This document shows, one piece after another, positions 1-14,686 of a DNA stretch of 64,000 nt (the stretch's first letter is position 1; each line of letters begins with the position of its first letter). The position numbers and the translations under genes are program-made. This stretch comes from Octopus vulgaris (lineage: Eukaryota). The DNA lies in contig OX597831.1 in assembly GCA_951406725.2 (NCBI GenBank), forward strand, positions 60,450,001 to 60,514,000, in the 5' to 3' direction. Below the pieces are notes generated by a model, which saw only the letters and a program-made list of their open reading frames with translations, ran no database searches and was not told the origin of the DNA.

Positions 1-21
1 AGAAGATTCCTATAGCATCTA

Positions 22-1313
22 CGAGAGGCGTTCAATAAGTAATGCCCCTGACCCACTTCCCATAACAGTAGAGCAACGAAACTTGGCACAGTTATTAGTC
101 TTTTTCTACATAGGAACCACCCAGAGTTACGCATTTCTCCCATTGTTTGATGCAGCTCTGAAGACCGTTTTTGTAGAAGACCCAAGCTTGATCCCCCAAC
201 CTGAACGCGACTTCAGAAATCAAAGCTGCATCATCTGGGAAACGCTTTCCTTTCAAAAACAACTTAATGACTGGGAAGAGGGGAAAATTAGAGGGTGCAA
301 GGTCAGGAAAGTAGGGGAGATGGGGGAGGAGTTCATAGCCATACGCCTGTGCTTCTGATCTTGCGACAAGCGAGTTGTGGACCGGAGCGTTGTCCTGCAG
401 GAGGAGGATGTCTTTGCTGATCTTGCCCTGCCTCTTGATTTTGATAACGTCTCTTAATTTCCTCAAAAGTGAAGCATAATAGGCTCCTGCAATTGTGGTA
501 CCCTTTGCCAGGAAATCTGTCATCATTACTCCGTCCTTGTCCCAGAAGACTTTGAGCATGACCTTGTCAGCGGAGGGCTGCACCCTTGCCTTCTTTGGAG
601 GGGGTGAGTCACGGTGCTGCCACTGCATTGACTGGGCTTTGGTCTCTGGATCATCGTGATGGACCCAGGTTTCATCCTGTGTAATCAGTCTTTTGAAAAA
701 TTTTGACTCATCTTCTTGGCACATCTCCAAATTCATCCTCGAGCACTCGACGCGTTCTTGCTTCTGGAAAGGCGTGAGTAACCTAGGATTCCATCTGGCA
801 GACGCCTTTTGCATATGCAAATGGTCATGAATGATAGTTTCCACAGACCCGGTACTAATCTTGACCTCATGGGATATTTGGCGAATAGTTATGCGTCGGT
901 CTTCCAAAATGGCAGCCTCAACTTGACGGACAGATGCCTCATAAATGGCAGAAGGGGGCGACTAGATCTGGGAGCTGTTTCCACAGAGTTCCGACAATGT
1001 TTGAATTCACGATGCCAGCGTTTTACAAGATCATATGATGGGGCATCATCACCATAAGTTACTTTCATTTCATCAAAAGTCTCCCGTGGTGTGCGTCCTT
1101 TCAAATACATAAACAGGATCACTGCTCGACACTCAACAGGCTCCATCTCACACTTGCCTCGGTTCAAACACCTGTAAATCAAAAACCACAATTAATTCAG
1201 AGCTGTAATTTGCCACTTACTCTATAGAGATATAAATGATTGTACATGCAAAATTTTAGCGAGATCAAACTAGAGCAAGTGGGTCAGAGGCATTACTTAT
1301 TGAACGTCCCTCG
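22..1313 (-). mobile_element. Mariner (Tc1/mariner) DNA transposon, full length, inactive
   Basis: 37-bp terminal inverted repeats at 22-58 (cgagaggcgttcaataagtaatgcccctgacccactt) and 1277-1313, differing at 3 positions. TA target duplication at 20-21 and 1314-1315. Length 1292 bp, with a transposase inside. Confidence 0.95.
95..1146 (-). pseudogene. Mariner transposase, frameshifted
   Basis: ORF 889-1191 gives the N-terminal HTH region (MEPVECRAVILFM...) and ORF 95-907 gives the rest, joined by a frameshift near 950. Motifs: WNPRLL (WVPHEL-like), QDETW, LQDNA and YFPDLAPSNF. The third catalytic Asp of YSPDLAPSD reads Asn. Confidence 0.93.
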
Positions 1314-1609
1314 TATCTGGTAAACTAGAATGCAGCTGGAAATAAGGCGAATGCAATGGAAGGCCTTCTACTACATCCAGATCACGCCGTCCACCGGAAA
1401 TCAACACATACAGGATCGGATCCCGGCTATGAAAACGTTATAATTGCCTTTCTCTAAATATGTATGTACATATATTGTTAAAGAGTAAACTCTACAAAAG
1501 TATATAGTAACACCTCAGATTAATGTGGATTTCTTAGTATTATCACTAAATATTAAAACAGATATTATCGCACATATATACATACGTACATTTAGACATG
1601 CTAAATATA

Positions 1610-1651
<42 letters not shown>

Positions 1652-1903
1652 CGTATATCTTTGATTTTATGCTAAACTGTCGTATGTCCAAATGTGGCCA
1701 AATGAATTTTCTTTACGATATCGATTTTTGTTTGTAATAGCCGATTCTTTTGGTTAAACGTTCGTATCTCCAGCTGCTTCAGACGCCAAGGTATCAAAAG
1801 CTGTCAAAGTTTAGTACAACAGTTTTGCTATTGAAAATATTTTTTCGTTTTCTGTAAAAGCACCATTTTGGACTTACGGCACTTTTGCATAATGGCAACG
1901 TTT

Positions 1904-1979
<76 letters not shown>

Positions 1980-2818
1980 ATTTTTGAAAACTAAATACTA
2001 ACTAAGCTAAATGAAACGCAGTTATTATGCAAATAATATTGAGAAGAATCGCGACAATGTTATTCCAATATATATTAGTTAAATTAAAGCATCGATTGCA
2101 TTAGTTGTCGGAAACAATTTTACGCAAATTTCGCCGACTTTATTTATTTGCCATTACCAAACCGCAAGCAATTAATGTCATTATTTCTTACCAATAATCT
2201 AACCTATCGCATCACAAACCAATTCCATTTTATTATAAATGAAATAGCTGGTTAATCTCACATCACAGACAATGTTTTACATAGGAATAGCAGTATTTCG
2301 TAAAAGTTCAGTTGAGGATTATATAAACATGTTCTGCAGGCCAATTAATAGAACATTTCAGCTGAAATAAACACTCAGATGTTAGTATTTGTATAGTATT
2401 ATTATATATTCGATCAGACATGTCTGGTTTTATGAACATTAACAAATTTCGAAAAAATATGAGGTTGATTTATATATTTTAACATATGTCTGCGTCTGTA
2501 TGTGTGTGTGTATGTGCTTGTGAAAATGTTGCAAGTTATGAGTTACTACATATAATGATACATAATTCAAATGCTTAGCACTGTCGTCAATAGAAATTGG
2601 CAAAGAATGGTCATATGTATCTATATTCTTCAGCGTTGGCAATGATTTATTGTGATCATTTAATTGTCTACGTAACGATTAACGCACGACATTCGAGGTT
2701 TAAATAAACAAATACGTGTAAAATGATGTAAATTATGTTAATAGAAAAAATATATAAATCAAATATTTTATTCTACTCTTGTTTACACACACACACACAT
2801 ATATATTTACGTACATAC

Positions 2819-2855
<37 letters not shown>

Positions 2856-2890
2856 CGCACGCACACACACACATATATATATAAATACAC

Positions 2891-2931
<41 letters not shown>

Positions 2932-2960
2932 TGTATACATATTTGTATATATTCTTTTGC

Positions 2961-3329
2961 TCTTTTACTTGTTTCAGTCATTTGACTGCGGTCATGCTGG
3001 AGCACCGCCTTTAGTCGATCAAATCGACACCAGGACTTATCCTTTGTAAACCTAGTACTTATTCTATCGGTCTCCTTTGCCGAACCACTATGTTACGGGA
3101 ATGTAAACACACCAGCATCGGTTATCAATTGATGTTGGGGGTATAAACACAGATACACGAACACATACACACACATACATACATATACATACATATATAC
3201 AACCGGCTTCTTTTCAGTTTCCGTCTACCAAATCCACTCACAAGGTTTTGGTCGGCCCGAGGCAAGAGTAGAAGATATTTACCGAAGGTGCTAGACAGTG
3301 GGACTGAATCCGGAACCATGTAGTTGGTA
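2961..3329 (-). mobile_element. tRNA-derived SINE family A, head truncated
   Basis: Matches the copies at 23.7, 27.2 and 36.6 kb (tcagtcatttgactgcggtcatgctggagcacc...cgtctaccaaatccactcacaagg). Has an internal CA/TA microsatellite. Confidence 0.85.
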
Positions 3330-3361
3330 TTTATATATGTAGGAGATGTTTATATACTTAC

Positions 3362-3680
3362 ATAGGAGCACACTATCGATTACGATGACGAGGGTCCCCG
3401 CTGATACAATTATCAGAGCAGCCTGCTAGTTAAATTAACGTGCAAGTTGTTGAGCGCTCCACTGATACGCGTACCCGCAACGTAATTCTCAGGGAGATTC
3501 AGCCTAAAACAGAGAGTGAGAAGGGTGGCCCTTTGAAATACAGGCAGTACTAAGTTTTACCAGGTGGGTGAACTGGAGGAATGTGAAATAAAGTGTCTTG
3601 CTCAAAGACACAACGCATGGAGGGGAATTGAACTCACGACATTACCGAATGCCCAAACCACTACACCACGCGCCTTCACA
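3362..3680 (-). mobile_element. tRNA-derived SINE with a tail shared with the 4185-4569 SINE
   Basis: Minus-strand head has A/B-box-like motifs (gtggtgtagtgg; gagttcaattcc) followed by gtgtctttgagcaagacac. Positions 3362-3520 are a diverged reverse complement of about 4415-4569. Confidence 0.7.
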
Positions 3681-3799
3681 TGTATATATACACACACATA
3701 CATACACATATATACATACAAACCAATATATAATTATATATATATATATATATTCACACGCGTATCCGTCTGTATATATACAGAAAAATGCGTCTTTTA

Positions 3800-4170
3800 A
3801 TTTCGTTCAATGTGGATCCAATATATTCTTTCTTATTATTATTAGAGGTTACCTTATCTAAGTTGCAATTATTATTAAGCCTACATTTGGATTTGTCTTT
3901 GCATGCGCTTTTCTTTTAAATACGGTATTGCATTTTGTTTGTTATATTTCTTCCGTAGCTATTATAGATATTAGTTAAATTGTCATTATAGAATTTGTGC
4001 AATTTGGCATTGTTTATTGAAGATATGTTACTTATATTTCTTGTTATAGAATAGCCAACTTCGATAGCTTTGTTTGAGAATATTTTCGAGTACGTTTTAA
4101 TCTTTATAAATGATGTTTTTATTATGTTCAGAATCTCTTTAATTAAGTTAGTTTTGATTTGTTCCATAAG
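3800..4170 (-). mobile_element. Penelope-like element fragment (post-RT region)
   Basis: ORF 3916-4167 YSKIFSNKAIEVGYSITRNISNISSINN resembles the PLE motif KIFNxNTxKxSYSxxxNxxxII. Confidence 0.6.
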
Positions 4171-4184
4171 GTATAATTAACCAT

Positions 4185-4569
4185 GTGGAGACGCAATGGC
4201 CCAGCGGTTAGGGCAGCGGACTCGCGGTCATAGGATCGCGGTTTCGATTCCCAGACCGGGCGTTTTGAGTGTTTATTGAGCGAAAACACCTAAAGCTCCA
4301 CGAGGCTCCGGCAGGGGATGGTGGTGATCCCTGCTGTACTCTTTCACCACAACTTTCATTCACTCTTACTTCCTGTTTCTGTTGTACCTGTATTTCAAAG
4401 GGCCGGCTATGTTACTCTCTGTGTCACGCTGAATATCCACGAGAACTACGTTAAGGGTACACGTGTCTGTGGAGTGCTCGGCCACTTACACGTTAATTTC
4501 ACGAGCAGGCTGTTCCGGTGATTCGGATCAACCGGAACCCTCGTCGTCATAATCGACGGAGTGCTTCCA
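4185..4569 (+). mobile_element. tRNA-derived SINE (Arg-like head; possibly octopus OR1/OR2 type)
   Basis: A box tggcccagcgg and B box ggtttcgattccc. 13-bp target-site duplication tataattaaccat at 4172-4184 and 4570-4582. The family name is from recollection only. Confidence 0.88.
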
Positions 4570-4615
4570 TATAATTAACCATATAATTTCCTTGTTTATT
4601 ATTATTATTATTATT

Positions 4616-5168
4616 GAGTGAGCGAGCAGAGCATGCCATCAAAGTGACACTGGGGTAAAATATACGAAGCCCAGTATACCCATCATGACTACCCGTCTTA
4701 TAAGGGTACACCAGGCACATGCATCACAACCATATGTGCGCGACATGGTGATCTCATATCAAGATAAACAGCACCTGACCTTGCAGGTGGAGCCCAATTA
4801 GAATTTTCTTCAGATCGAGTAACCCATCCCGCTCAAAAGGTCCCTGAATAAGGGTTGTTTAAGAACGTTGAACGAAATACCCATGTTTCCAGAGTTGAAT
4901 TATTCAAACCCCAAAGAATCCTTCTCAACACATGGCTATGATGCTCCCCCACTACTTCTGCTCGTGATCAGAGATGCACATATCGTCAGCCACTAAGGGA
5001 CATGCTCAACTGGTTAAAGTCAAACAACTGACAAGCAAATCTGTGGTATTGAGCAGAATATTTGCTGTAGCCCATCTTTTATACCAAGACAAAACAATGT
5101 ACATGATGACACTTGCAATCAGTTAAGATCAGAAGCCATGAGAGCCACTGCCTGGTACTGCATCAGGG

Positions 5169-5169
<1 letters not shown>
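4616..5169. mobile_element. Non-coding interspersed element bounded by (ATT)n on both sides
   Basis: Block of about 555 bp, more GC-rich than its surroundings, with no ORF and sharp borders at the (ATT)n tracts 4597-4615 and 5170-5303. Confidence 0.55.
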
Positions 5170-5264
<95 letters not shown>

Positions 5265-5303
5265 CATCATTATTATTATTATCATTATTATTATTATTAT
5301 TAT
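5170..5303. repeat. (ATT)n microsatellite
   Basis: Directly visible; explains the poly-I/L/N ORFs. Confidence 0.98.
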
Positions 5304-5788
5304 TTGTTTTCATTGTCAATGTATTCTTCGTGGGTATGTAATAATTATGCTTATTTCCATTCGAATTATTTTTGGTATTATCCTTACTATGATCATTATT
5401 ATTATTATTTCTATTCATACGTATATTATAATTATCTTTATTTATTTCCTTTTATTTTTATTATTATCATTGCTATTACTTCTATACTTGGTTTGAGCGT
5501 TTGGATGATTACTACTATTATTATTCGGTCCGTAATTATTAAAGAATTTAACTTTCGTATTATTTCCTGCTTCTTTTAATGCACTGTTATAGTAAAGAAT
5601 CATTTTCATTGAAAGTATCTATATCCGAGTATAAAATGGAAATTATGTTACCTATATTTTCTATTAGATCTTTTTTATTTGAGTGAGCTAGGATGGCTAT
5701 TATGGGCATTAATCTGCTTATGGTTCTGGTTTAATTTATGGAATGGTTGTTTTTTATTAGTTACTAAGTTATTAATATGTATATATAC

Positions 5789-5836
<48 letters not shown>

Positions 5837-6126
5837 GTTTTATTTGTTTTACTCATTTGACTGCAGCCATGCTGGAGCACCGCATTTAGTCGAGCATATA
5901 CATATTTATAAAGAAGGCAGCGAATGGAGAAAATCGATGAACAACAATTGACTTACATCAGTTATTATTTATTAATTCAAAATAAATCGACTGCTTCCAA
6001 TGTAACACCTGTTTCTGCTTCCACAGTTGTTTGGGATTGCCATTGATATGTTAAATTATATTTATACTATTTCATAATAAAACCGATCTGTTGCTTAATT
6101 ATTCTGATGAAGATTTCTTTTACTTA

Positions 6127-6290
6127 AGACGGTGAGCTTGTAGAATCATTAACATGCAAGGAAAGATACGCTGAGAGTTCAGATTCCTCCGACGTCGACT
6201 TGCCTCTCATCCTTTCGGGTCTAGAAAATAAGTACCAACTGAACACTGGGGTAGGTGTAATCGACGTAATCCTTGTGCCATAATATGGAA
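6127..6290 (+). mobile_element. SINE family B, degraded
   Basis: Core gtcgacttgcctctcatcctttcgggt...aagtacc is shared with many copies in the window. Confidence 0.7.
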
Positions 6291-6549
6291 CCCATATAAC
6301 AAACGTTTCATTAGCAGACAAGAATATTCCTGCGGCGATAACGAGGCTGCTAAGGGCGCATTATCACTTCGTTGAATTTTGTCTGTAGCATGTACATACT
6401 GCCAACTCCTTGCTACACCAAACTGCTCGCTACAAAGATAGGGACATAGTCACTGAAAACCAGTGGTGTTGAAATTTCTCTCCCACCTGTACAATTGTAC
6501 GTCAATGTCCAACAGAATCCTTACCAAATGAAAATAGGCATCTGCGGAT

Positions 6550-7500
6550 CATATTTAATGAAGATTAATTAATTTATGACTAAATAGAGCGTTATATGTT
6601 ACCATGGCATTCTGCAGGAACAACTTTAGTAGAGATTTTATCGCTGCTCGGGGATATCTGTTATCTATAATTTTTCTTCGGAGCTCATAATCTACCTGAG
6701 AAACGTATTTGATGTTATCTTCCATCAAAACAGAAAACATTGATTTCTTTCTTTTTAATTTCATGTTTCATAATTATATTTGTTAAGTTTCGTTCACTCA
6801 GATCTAGATAATTTCTAGTCATACAACAGATAATCTGAAATAATTTTCTTGTTTTCGTGGTATGTGCCATCATTTTTGATTTTTGTCACAATTTTTGTGG
6901 CGTACTTTAAGTGTTCTTGTTAGTATATGCTTGTGTTCCTGTCTGGCCTTACAAATATATTTACCGTACTACTGAAAATATAATAAAATATCCTAATTGA
7001 ACAACTAGAATTTTTTGCTTTTTTTTGCCTTTAGCTCTCTTTTAAGTATTAATCAAACCCTTTTACAATATTACATACTAGTGTTTTCTTGCAAATTTTT
7101 TATATAAAACACCGTCTAGTTTATTCATTTTTAACTATTTCATGTCGCTCTTTGGTCTACTCATATCGAAGTTTTATTTGTATCTTCTATGATATTAGTT
7201 TTTTAATCTTCCTCTCTCCCGGCATTTTTGTCGCATTTTCTTCAACGATTCATATAAAAGACTTCGGTAAATCAGCGTTGTCTGTAATAATGTTTCCACT
7301 TATTTATCGTTTGTAGCAGACGTCATTTAGTCCATATACAATATGTATTAGCTTCTATTACAGTAGCATTATTCCGTAATCAATACTCTTTAACATTTTG
7401 GTTTATGTTTTCTATGTCAGATTTGAAGCTAGGTAACAGAAGAATTTTATAATTTCTAATGTTGTCAGGAACTTTCAATCTTCAATGCTGTTTGTACTAC
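6550..7500 (-). mobile_element. Degraded Penelope-like RT fragment
   Basis: ORF 6555-6764 (RRKIIDNRYPRAAIKSLLKLFLQN) resembles PLE RT; many stops. Confidence 0.4.
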
Positions 7501-7544
7501 ACTCATGTTGCACTGCATGTGTGTATGTATGTGTGTATACATAG

Positions 7545-7730
7545 GGAGAATTTTCTAAAAAAAAAACAAAAGACGAAGACAGGTGATGTACAAAACAAAC
7601 AAATGTATTTGTATAACGCTCAGGAATAGAAAAAGCATTTTACGTTTCGAGCTTACGCTCTACTACAGAAAGGGACACAGAAAAAACAAGGAGAGAAAAA
7701 AACGTGTGCAGTGGCTAATGATCTATCATG
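7545..7730 (-). mobile_element. Short repeat with a degenerate minimal hammerhead (solo pLTR or retrozyme-like monomer)
   Basis: Minus strand 7672-7638 reads ttt-CTGTAGT-a-gagc-gtaa-gctc-GAAA-cg-TA-aaa. Flanked by TA/TG microsatellites. Confidence 0.45.
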
Positions 7731-7774
7731 TATGTATACATACATACATACATGGACACACATAAATATTGTTT

Positions 7775-7973
7775 TATCTTCTCCGTATTTCACTCATTTA
7801 ACTGCGGCCATGCTGCAGCATTGCCTAGCATTGTTTAGATTGAACGAATCGACTTCAGGACTTTTTTGTTTTTAAGCCAAGTATTGTATCATTCGCCGAC
7901 TTGCTAAGTTTCTAGGACGTAAACACACGGTACCGTTTATCAAGTAGTGGAGGAAAATAGAGGCATAAAGATA

Positions 7974-8051
<78 letters not shown>

Positions 8052-8195
8052 TATGTATGCATATGTATATAATACATATTTGAATACGACGGGGTTCTTG
8101 TACTATTCCTCTAACAAATGCACTCACAAAGCTTTGACCAGCCCGAGGCTAAAGTGTAGGACACTTGCCTAAGGTACGACGGAGTGGAAGTGAAG
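7775..8195 (-). mobile_element. SINE family A, older copy with (CA)n
   Basis: Similar to the other family A copies; long (CA)n at 7977-8049. Confidence 0.75.
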
Positions 8196-10746
8196 TCACA
8201 TATAACCAATTCTTTTACGTATAATGTGCGCAGTGCTTAGTCGTACCGTGTTACATGTTATCAGTAGCACCCAAGAGGGACCCGACATACGTACATACAT
8301 GCATAATACATGCATACATGTGTTTGTTTTTGTGTGTGTTTGTGTTCATGCTGATCGGTATGTACGTATATTTACAGACACAAGCACTTATATTGCAAAC
8401 AAGGATCTCTTATGGTGACAATATTTGATCGTTGCAGGTATGTTTTTTTCCGACAGCTGCAACGAACCGTCAGACAATTCATTGTGGTTGCTTTTTAGCT
8501 TGTGATATTTGGACCCAAAGTCATGATCTGAACCTGATTCGCCTTAAATAGTGATAACCTACAAAGCCATATGCACACGATCAGTTCATATATCAGTTTG
8601 GAGAATCAACATAATTACAGAATACTTTCAGAAATGAAACTGGATAATATAGAGCTTAGCAACGAGCTCTTAGATAGATGTGCACTTCTCTGATTTTCTT
8701 CCGTAAGCGTGTTTTCATGTAGCCTCTTACAATCCTTTGCACTCACAAGAGCATCTTCATCTTATTTGGAAGTCAGCCATTCGAAATAAAAATTCTCACA
8801 CTTGGTTCCAGAGGTATTCAGGTTGCACTTTCTCGTCCGTTATTTACATATGAAAGATCAACGTCTGTTTTGCCAAGAAATGTTATGTCATAACCAAGAG
8901 ACGCAGAACGTGCTCAGCTAACAATTCCAATATTTCAATATTCTCGTTCACTACTGATCTGCAACACAAAATGATATATTTTATTTTACTATCCACAACA
9001 TTTTCCCCAATTCTTTTCATATAATTTTGTGCAAATATACGTTTACACACCACATAGAATTGGATACGCAAACTGAAGTTTACTTCTGACGTCATTATAC
9101 TCTAGTACGAAATGATACACTAACAAATACGAGAAATTATCACGTTTAGCTGGCACAATTTGACACCATGTTTAACACACGTATCTAAGCACCGCGTATC
9201 TTTGACTGAGTTTATTCTATTTCAGGTATTCCAGCCATATAGCTCATCTCAGTATACCTTTCTCGCTCGAGTCACAGTTAACGTCAAAACGGCTGTGAAA
9301 AGTTCCTGTTCCAATCCGCCGAAACAAATAAAGAACATCAATGAAAATAACTACAATGTACGTCTCTCACTATATATGAATGATATACTCTCCGTTGCCA
9401 TTGGAGATATATGAACGTCAGCAAGGAAATATTTTAAGTTCAACTCAGGAACTCATATAGGGAAAAGTATGTATAAATGGCTGGCTGTTAGTAAGGAGAG
9501 ACACACAAATAAGAAAGAAGAAAGCAAAGGACCACTGATGCGGTCACAAGAGTGTGACGAAAGAACTCTGGCCGAATTAAGATTAAGATCAATGTAAAAA
9601 AATAAATAACACTGAAGCAAAGTAACACCAAATATATAGTGCGTGTGTTTTAACTGGCTAAACTGGCAAAATGATCATTCCTAAATACAACAATAAAAGT
9701 ATGTATAAAACTATGTCTTAATAGACACAAATCTGTCGTAGATGATTTTGGTATAAGAAACACTACAGCTACAACTTGATATATTCCAGTAATATTTGAG
9801 ATATAAGCGAATGAGTATTTCAAACTTACAAACCAGAGGGGACCTATCGAAGCTTAAGATATTATATAAGCCTGCTACTATCCATTATGAATTTCTCAAT
9901 TGTTTCATTTAATAAGATTTGTTATAATTAAGTAACAGGTCGTTTTTGCTTCCAATACCGGTGTTGCAAGTTAAATTGAACGTCTATTTACATGAAAAGT
10001 AATTGTTCATTGTTATCAGTTTTACAGTCTGTTAAACAGAAATGTTTTGCTGAAAAAATCACCCTGTGAGAATTTTTTTTTCACTAATTAGAGTGATCAT
10101 ACAATTTTTCTAATAGTAATGAGTGAAATCAGTGAAATCAGTGACGTAGATGCAGAAAAATGTATATATACATATATATACAAACACTCGCACATGCACA
10201 CACACGCATACGGATGCGCTCACACGTACACATGTATATACTAATGTAACGAAACAAATAATGAAATATTTTAAAATTCATCTATGTTGCTGGGATATAT
10301 TCTTGACTGACCCGTTAAAATCTTCAACGCACCCACCACCGGTTCTCAACATACACTGATAAACAGTTTGGCCATGGGCTCTTAGGAGCCTAGTTCGATT
10401 TGTTTTGCTCCGCCTCTGTTCTGTTTTTGTTTTTTCCAACGGATTTCCTATTTCTTCTTGATGAGAAAGACACAATATGGTCTCATTATTCAATCGGATT
10501 TTGGTAAATTGTGCCTTTCGAAACACGTGTAGAATGAAATAAAACGATTTCTGTTCAATCTTCGTTCAGCTCCATTTCTTCAATTCACCAGTAATATTAA
10601 AATTCAATTATCCGCACCAACGCACGGTTGCAACACCATACGGTTGTACCTCCAACCGTGCTGTCTTCTGCTGTGATTTTTGCTACCAAGGTATCGGTTA
10701 AACTTTTGATTAATCTGCTACAAGATTATTCATCTTTCTCTTTCAC

Positions 10747-10813
<67 letters not shown>

Positions 10814-10859
10814 ATATTTATATATATATATTTATATATGTTTGTATGTATGTATATGG

Positions 10860-12660
<1,801 letters not shown>

Positions 12661-13129
12661 TGAAAAGGTCACGATCTTAGCTATGTTTCGAACAATGACA
12701 GCACCACGTGCATTTTAGCTAGACTTGTATTTGGTTGAGATTATATCTGAACAATGCGGTTGATTCCACCCTGAAGAAGTGGCAATTAACAATAAGAGCA
12801 CATAAATATGCCAATTTTGCAGTGTGCATTAATGAATTGCTGCAGAAATGTGTAGGCGCAGAAAGGAAAAGAAGTAATTGACTGCTGCATAAAACTGGAT
12901 AAAAATCTTTATTCTCCGAAAAAAGGCAGTCTCTATGGAGACATATGGATTTACGCATGTGAAGATAGACACGGGTTGGCAAATGAAATTAACTGGAGTT
13001 TTTATAGACTCAGAGAGATTACTCAGCATAAATAAACGGTGCATGCGACTACGGTTCCAAGTAGGATGCTACATCTCTAACAACCATAATTTGGAAACTT
13101 ATATATATATATAGATATATGAATAACAT

Positions 13130-13310
13130 GTTTCCTTCTCGACCCATGCCAGGCACATGAGAGCCGGTTTCTCAATTTCAAAGGCGTATATATTCCCAAC
13201 CTGGTCGGGACGCCGGTCCGTCTCAGGATTACACATTTTTGTCAGCTAAATGAACTGGAGCAACGTGAAATGAAGTGTTTTACTCAATAGCACGACGCAT
13301 CGCCCGGTGC
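13130..13310 (-). mobile_element. SINE fragment related to the core of the 3362-3680 SINE
   Basis: tgaactggagcaacgtgaaatgaagtgttttactcaa matches 3569-3606. Confidence 0.55.
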
Positions 13311-13319
13311 ACAACGCAT

Positions 13320-13848
13320 CGCGCGTGAAACAAGATCTTCATCAGTGTAAAACAATGTTGTACGTATGGTGGGACTGGGAAGGGATTATCCATTACGAAT
13401 TGCTTGAACGGAACCAAGCTGTCAACGCTTGGAAAAACAGATGGAAAAACACAGCACGGCTATTCAAGAGAAAAGACCTAATCGGCAGCATGGAGTTCTT
13501 CTGCTGCACGATAACGCCCGCCATCATATCGCCAATATGACGATGGAAGCCATTCTAACGCATGGCTAGGAAGTGTTGCCACACCCACCGTGCACTCCTA
13601 ATTTTGCACCAACGGATTTCCACCTCTTTGGAACTCATTCAAATGCTATGAGCAGAGTTTCGTTCTGATGCACAATTGAGAGCTTGGTTGAATCAATTTT
13701 TCGAGTCGAAATCGGGCGACGTCCACCAACGAGGTATTGAAAATCTTGTTGAATGTTGGAAAGAAGTTGTAAACAACAACACATTATTGATTAATTAGTT
13801 GTTATTTTTTATTAAAACTTTTAAAAAATTCTAGTTGCCAAACCAATA
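13320..13848 (+). pseudogene. 3' fragment of a second mariner family
   Basis: KTMLYVWWDWEGIIHYELL, then LLHDNAR and EVLPHPPCTPNFAPTDFHLF (HPPYSPDLAPSDFHLF-like) in shifted frames. A possible TIR remnant ends near 13848. Confidence 0.85.
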
Positions 13849-13993
13849 TTTATATGTATTTATGTACGTATATATATATAGGCATATATATATATATATA
13901 TATATGTGTATGTATGTGTTTATATATATGTATGTATGTATGTATATACATATATGTATATATATGTATATACATACATACATATATATAAAC

Positions 13994-14082
<89 letters not shown>

Positions 14083-14087
14083 TATAT

Positions 14088-14226
14088 ACGCAACTGGCAC
14101 TTAATTTACCGACTCCGGAAGGCAAAGTCGACCTCGGTAGAATTTGACCTCAGACGGTAAAGACAAACGATATACCTCTAAGCAAGTCACCGGGTGTGTT
14201 AACGTTTTTGCCACCTCGCCACCGCT
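14088..14226 (-). mobile_element. SINE family B fragment
   Basis: ggcaaagtcgacctcggtagaatttgacctcag core. Confidence 0.7.
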
Positions 14227-14626
14227 AGGAATGAATATTAACTAAATTGCGTTGTTAAGATCTAAGATTGTCTGCTGGAGGAATATTTCTTCAGCGAAAA
14301 CTTCAGAAACTGCCGTTGGTTTATCCAGACAATTGAAACTATCATTTCTACAAAAAGTACGAATATTTCTGCCCACCTGCATTAGTGAAGAGCCTTGCTT
14401 GAATCCATACAAAATACGGTGTCTGAAGTGGTTCTGATCTAAATGTATTTTAAACAGATAAAATCGATACAGATTTAATCTTTGTGGTAAAACGTAATCT
14501 TTAGAAAGAAATAAAATTAAATTTAGTGCTTATTGTAAATATTGCAAAATGCCCTCAAAACACTCATGCCAAAATACCACAGGACTTTCTTTGCAACACA
14601 CCATGTACATATACAAATATATACGT

Positions 14627-14686
<60 letters not shown>

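Noticed and set aside
8420-9420. Unique-looking sequence that might hold host exons
   Set aside because: No recognisable protein motif in the frames I examined; small exons cannot be excluded without RNA-seq.
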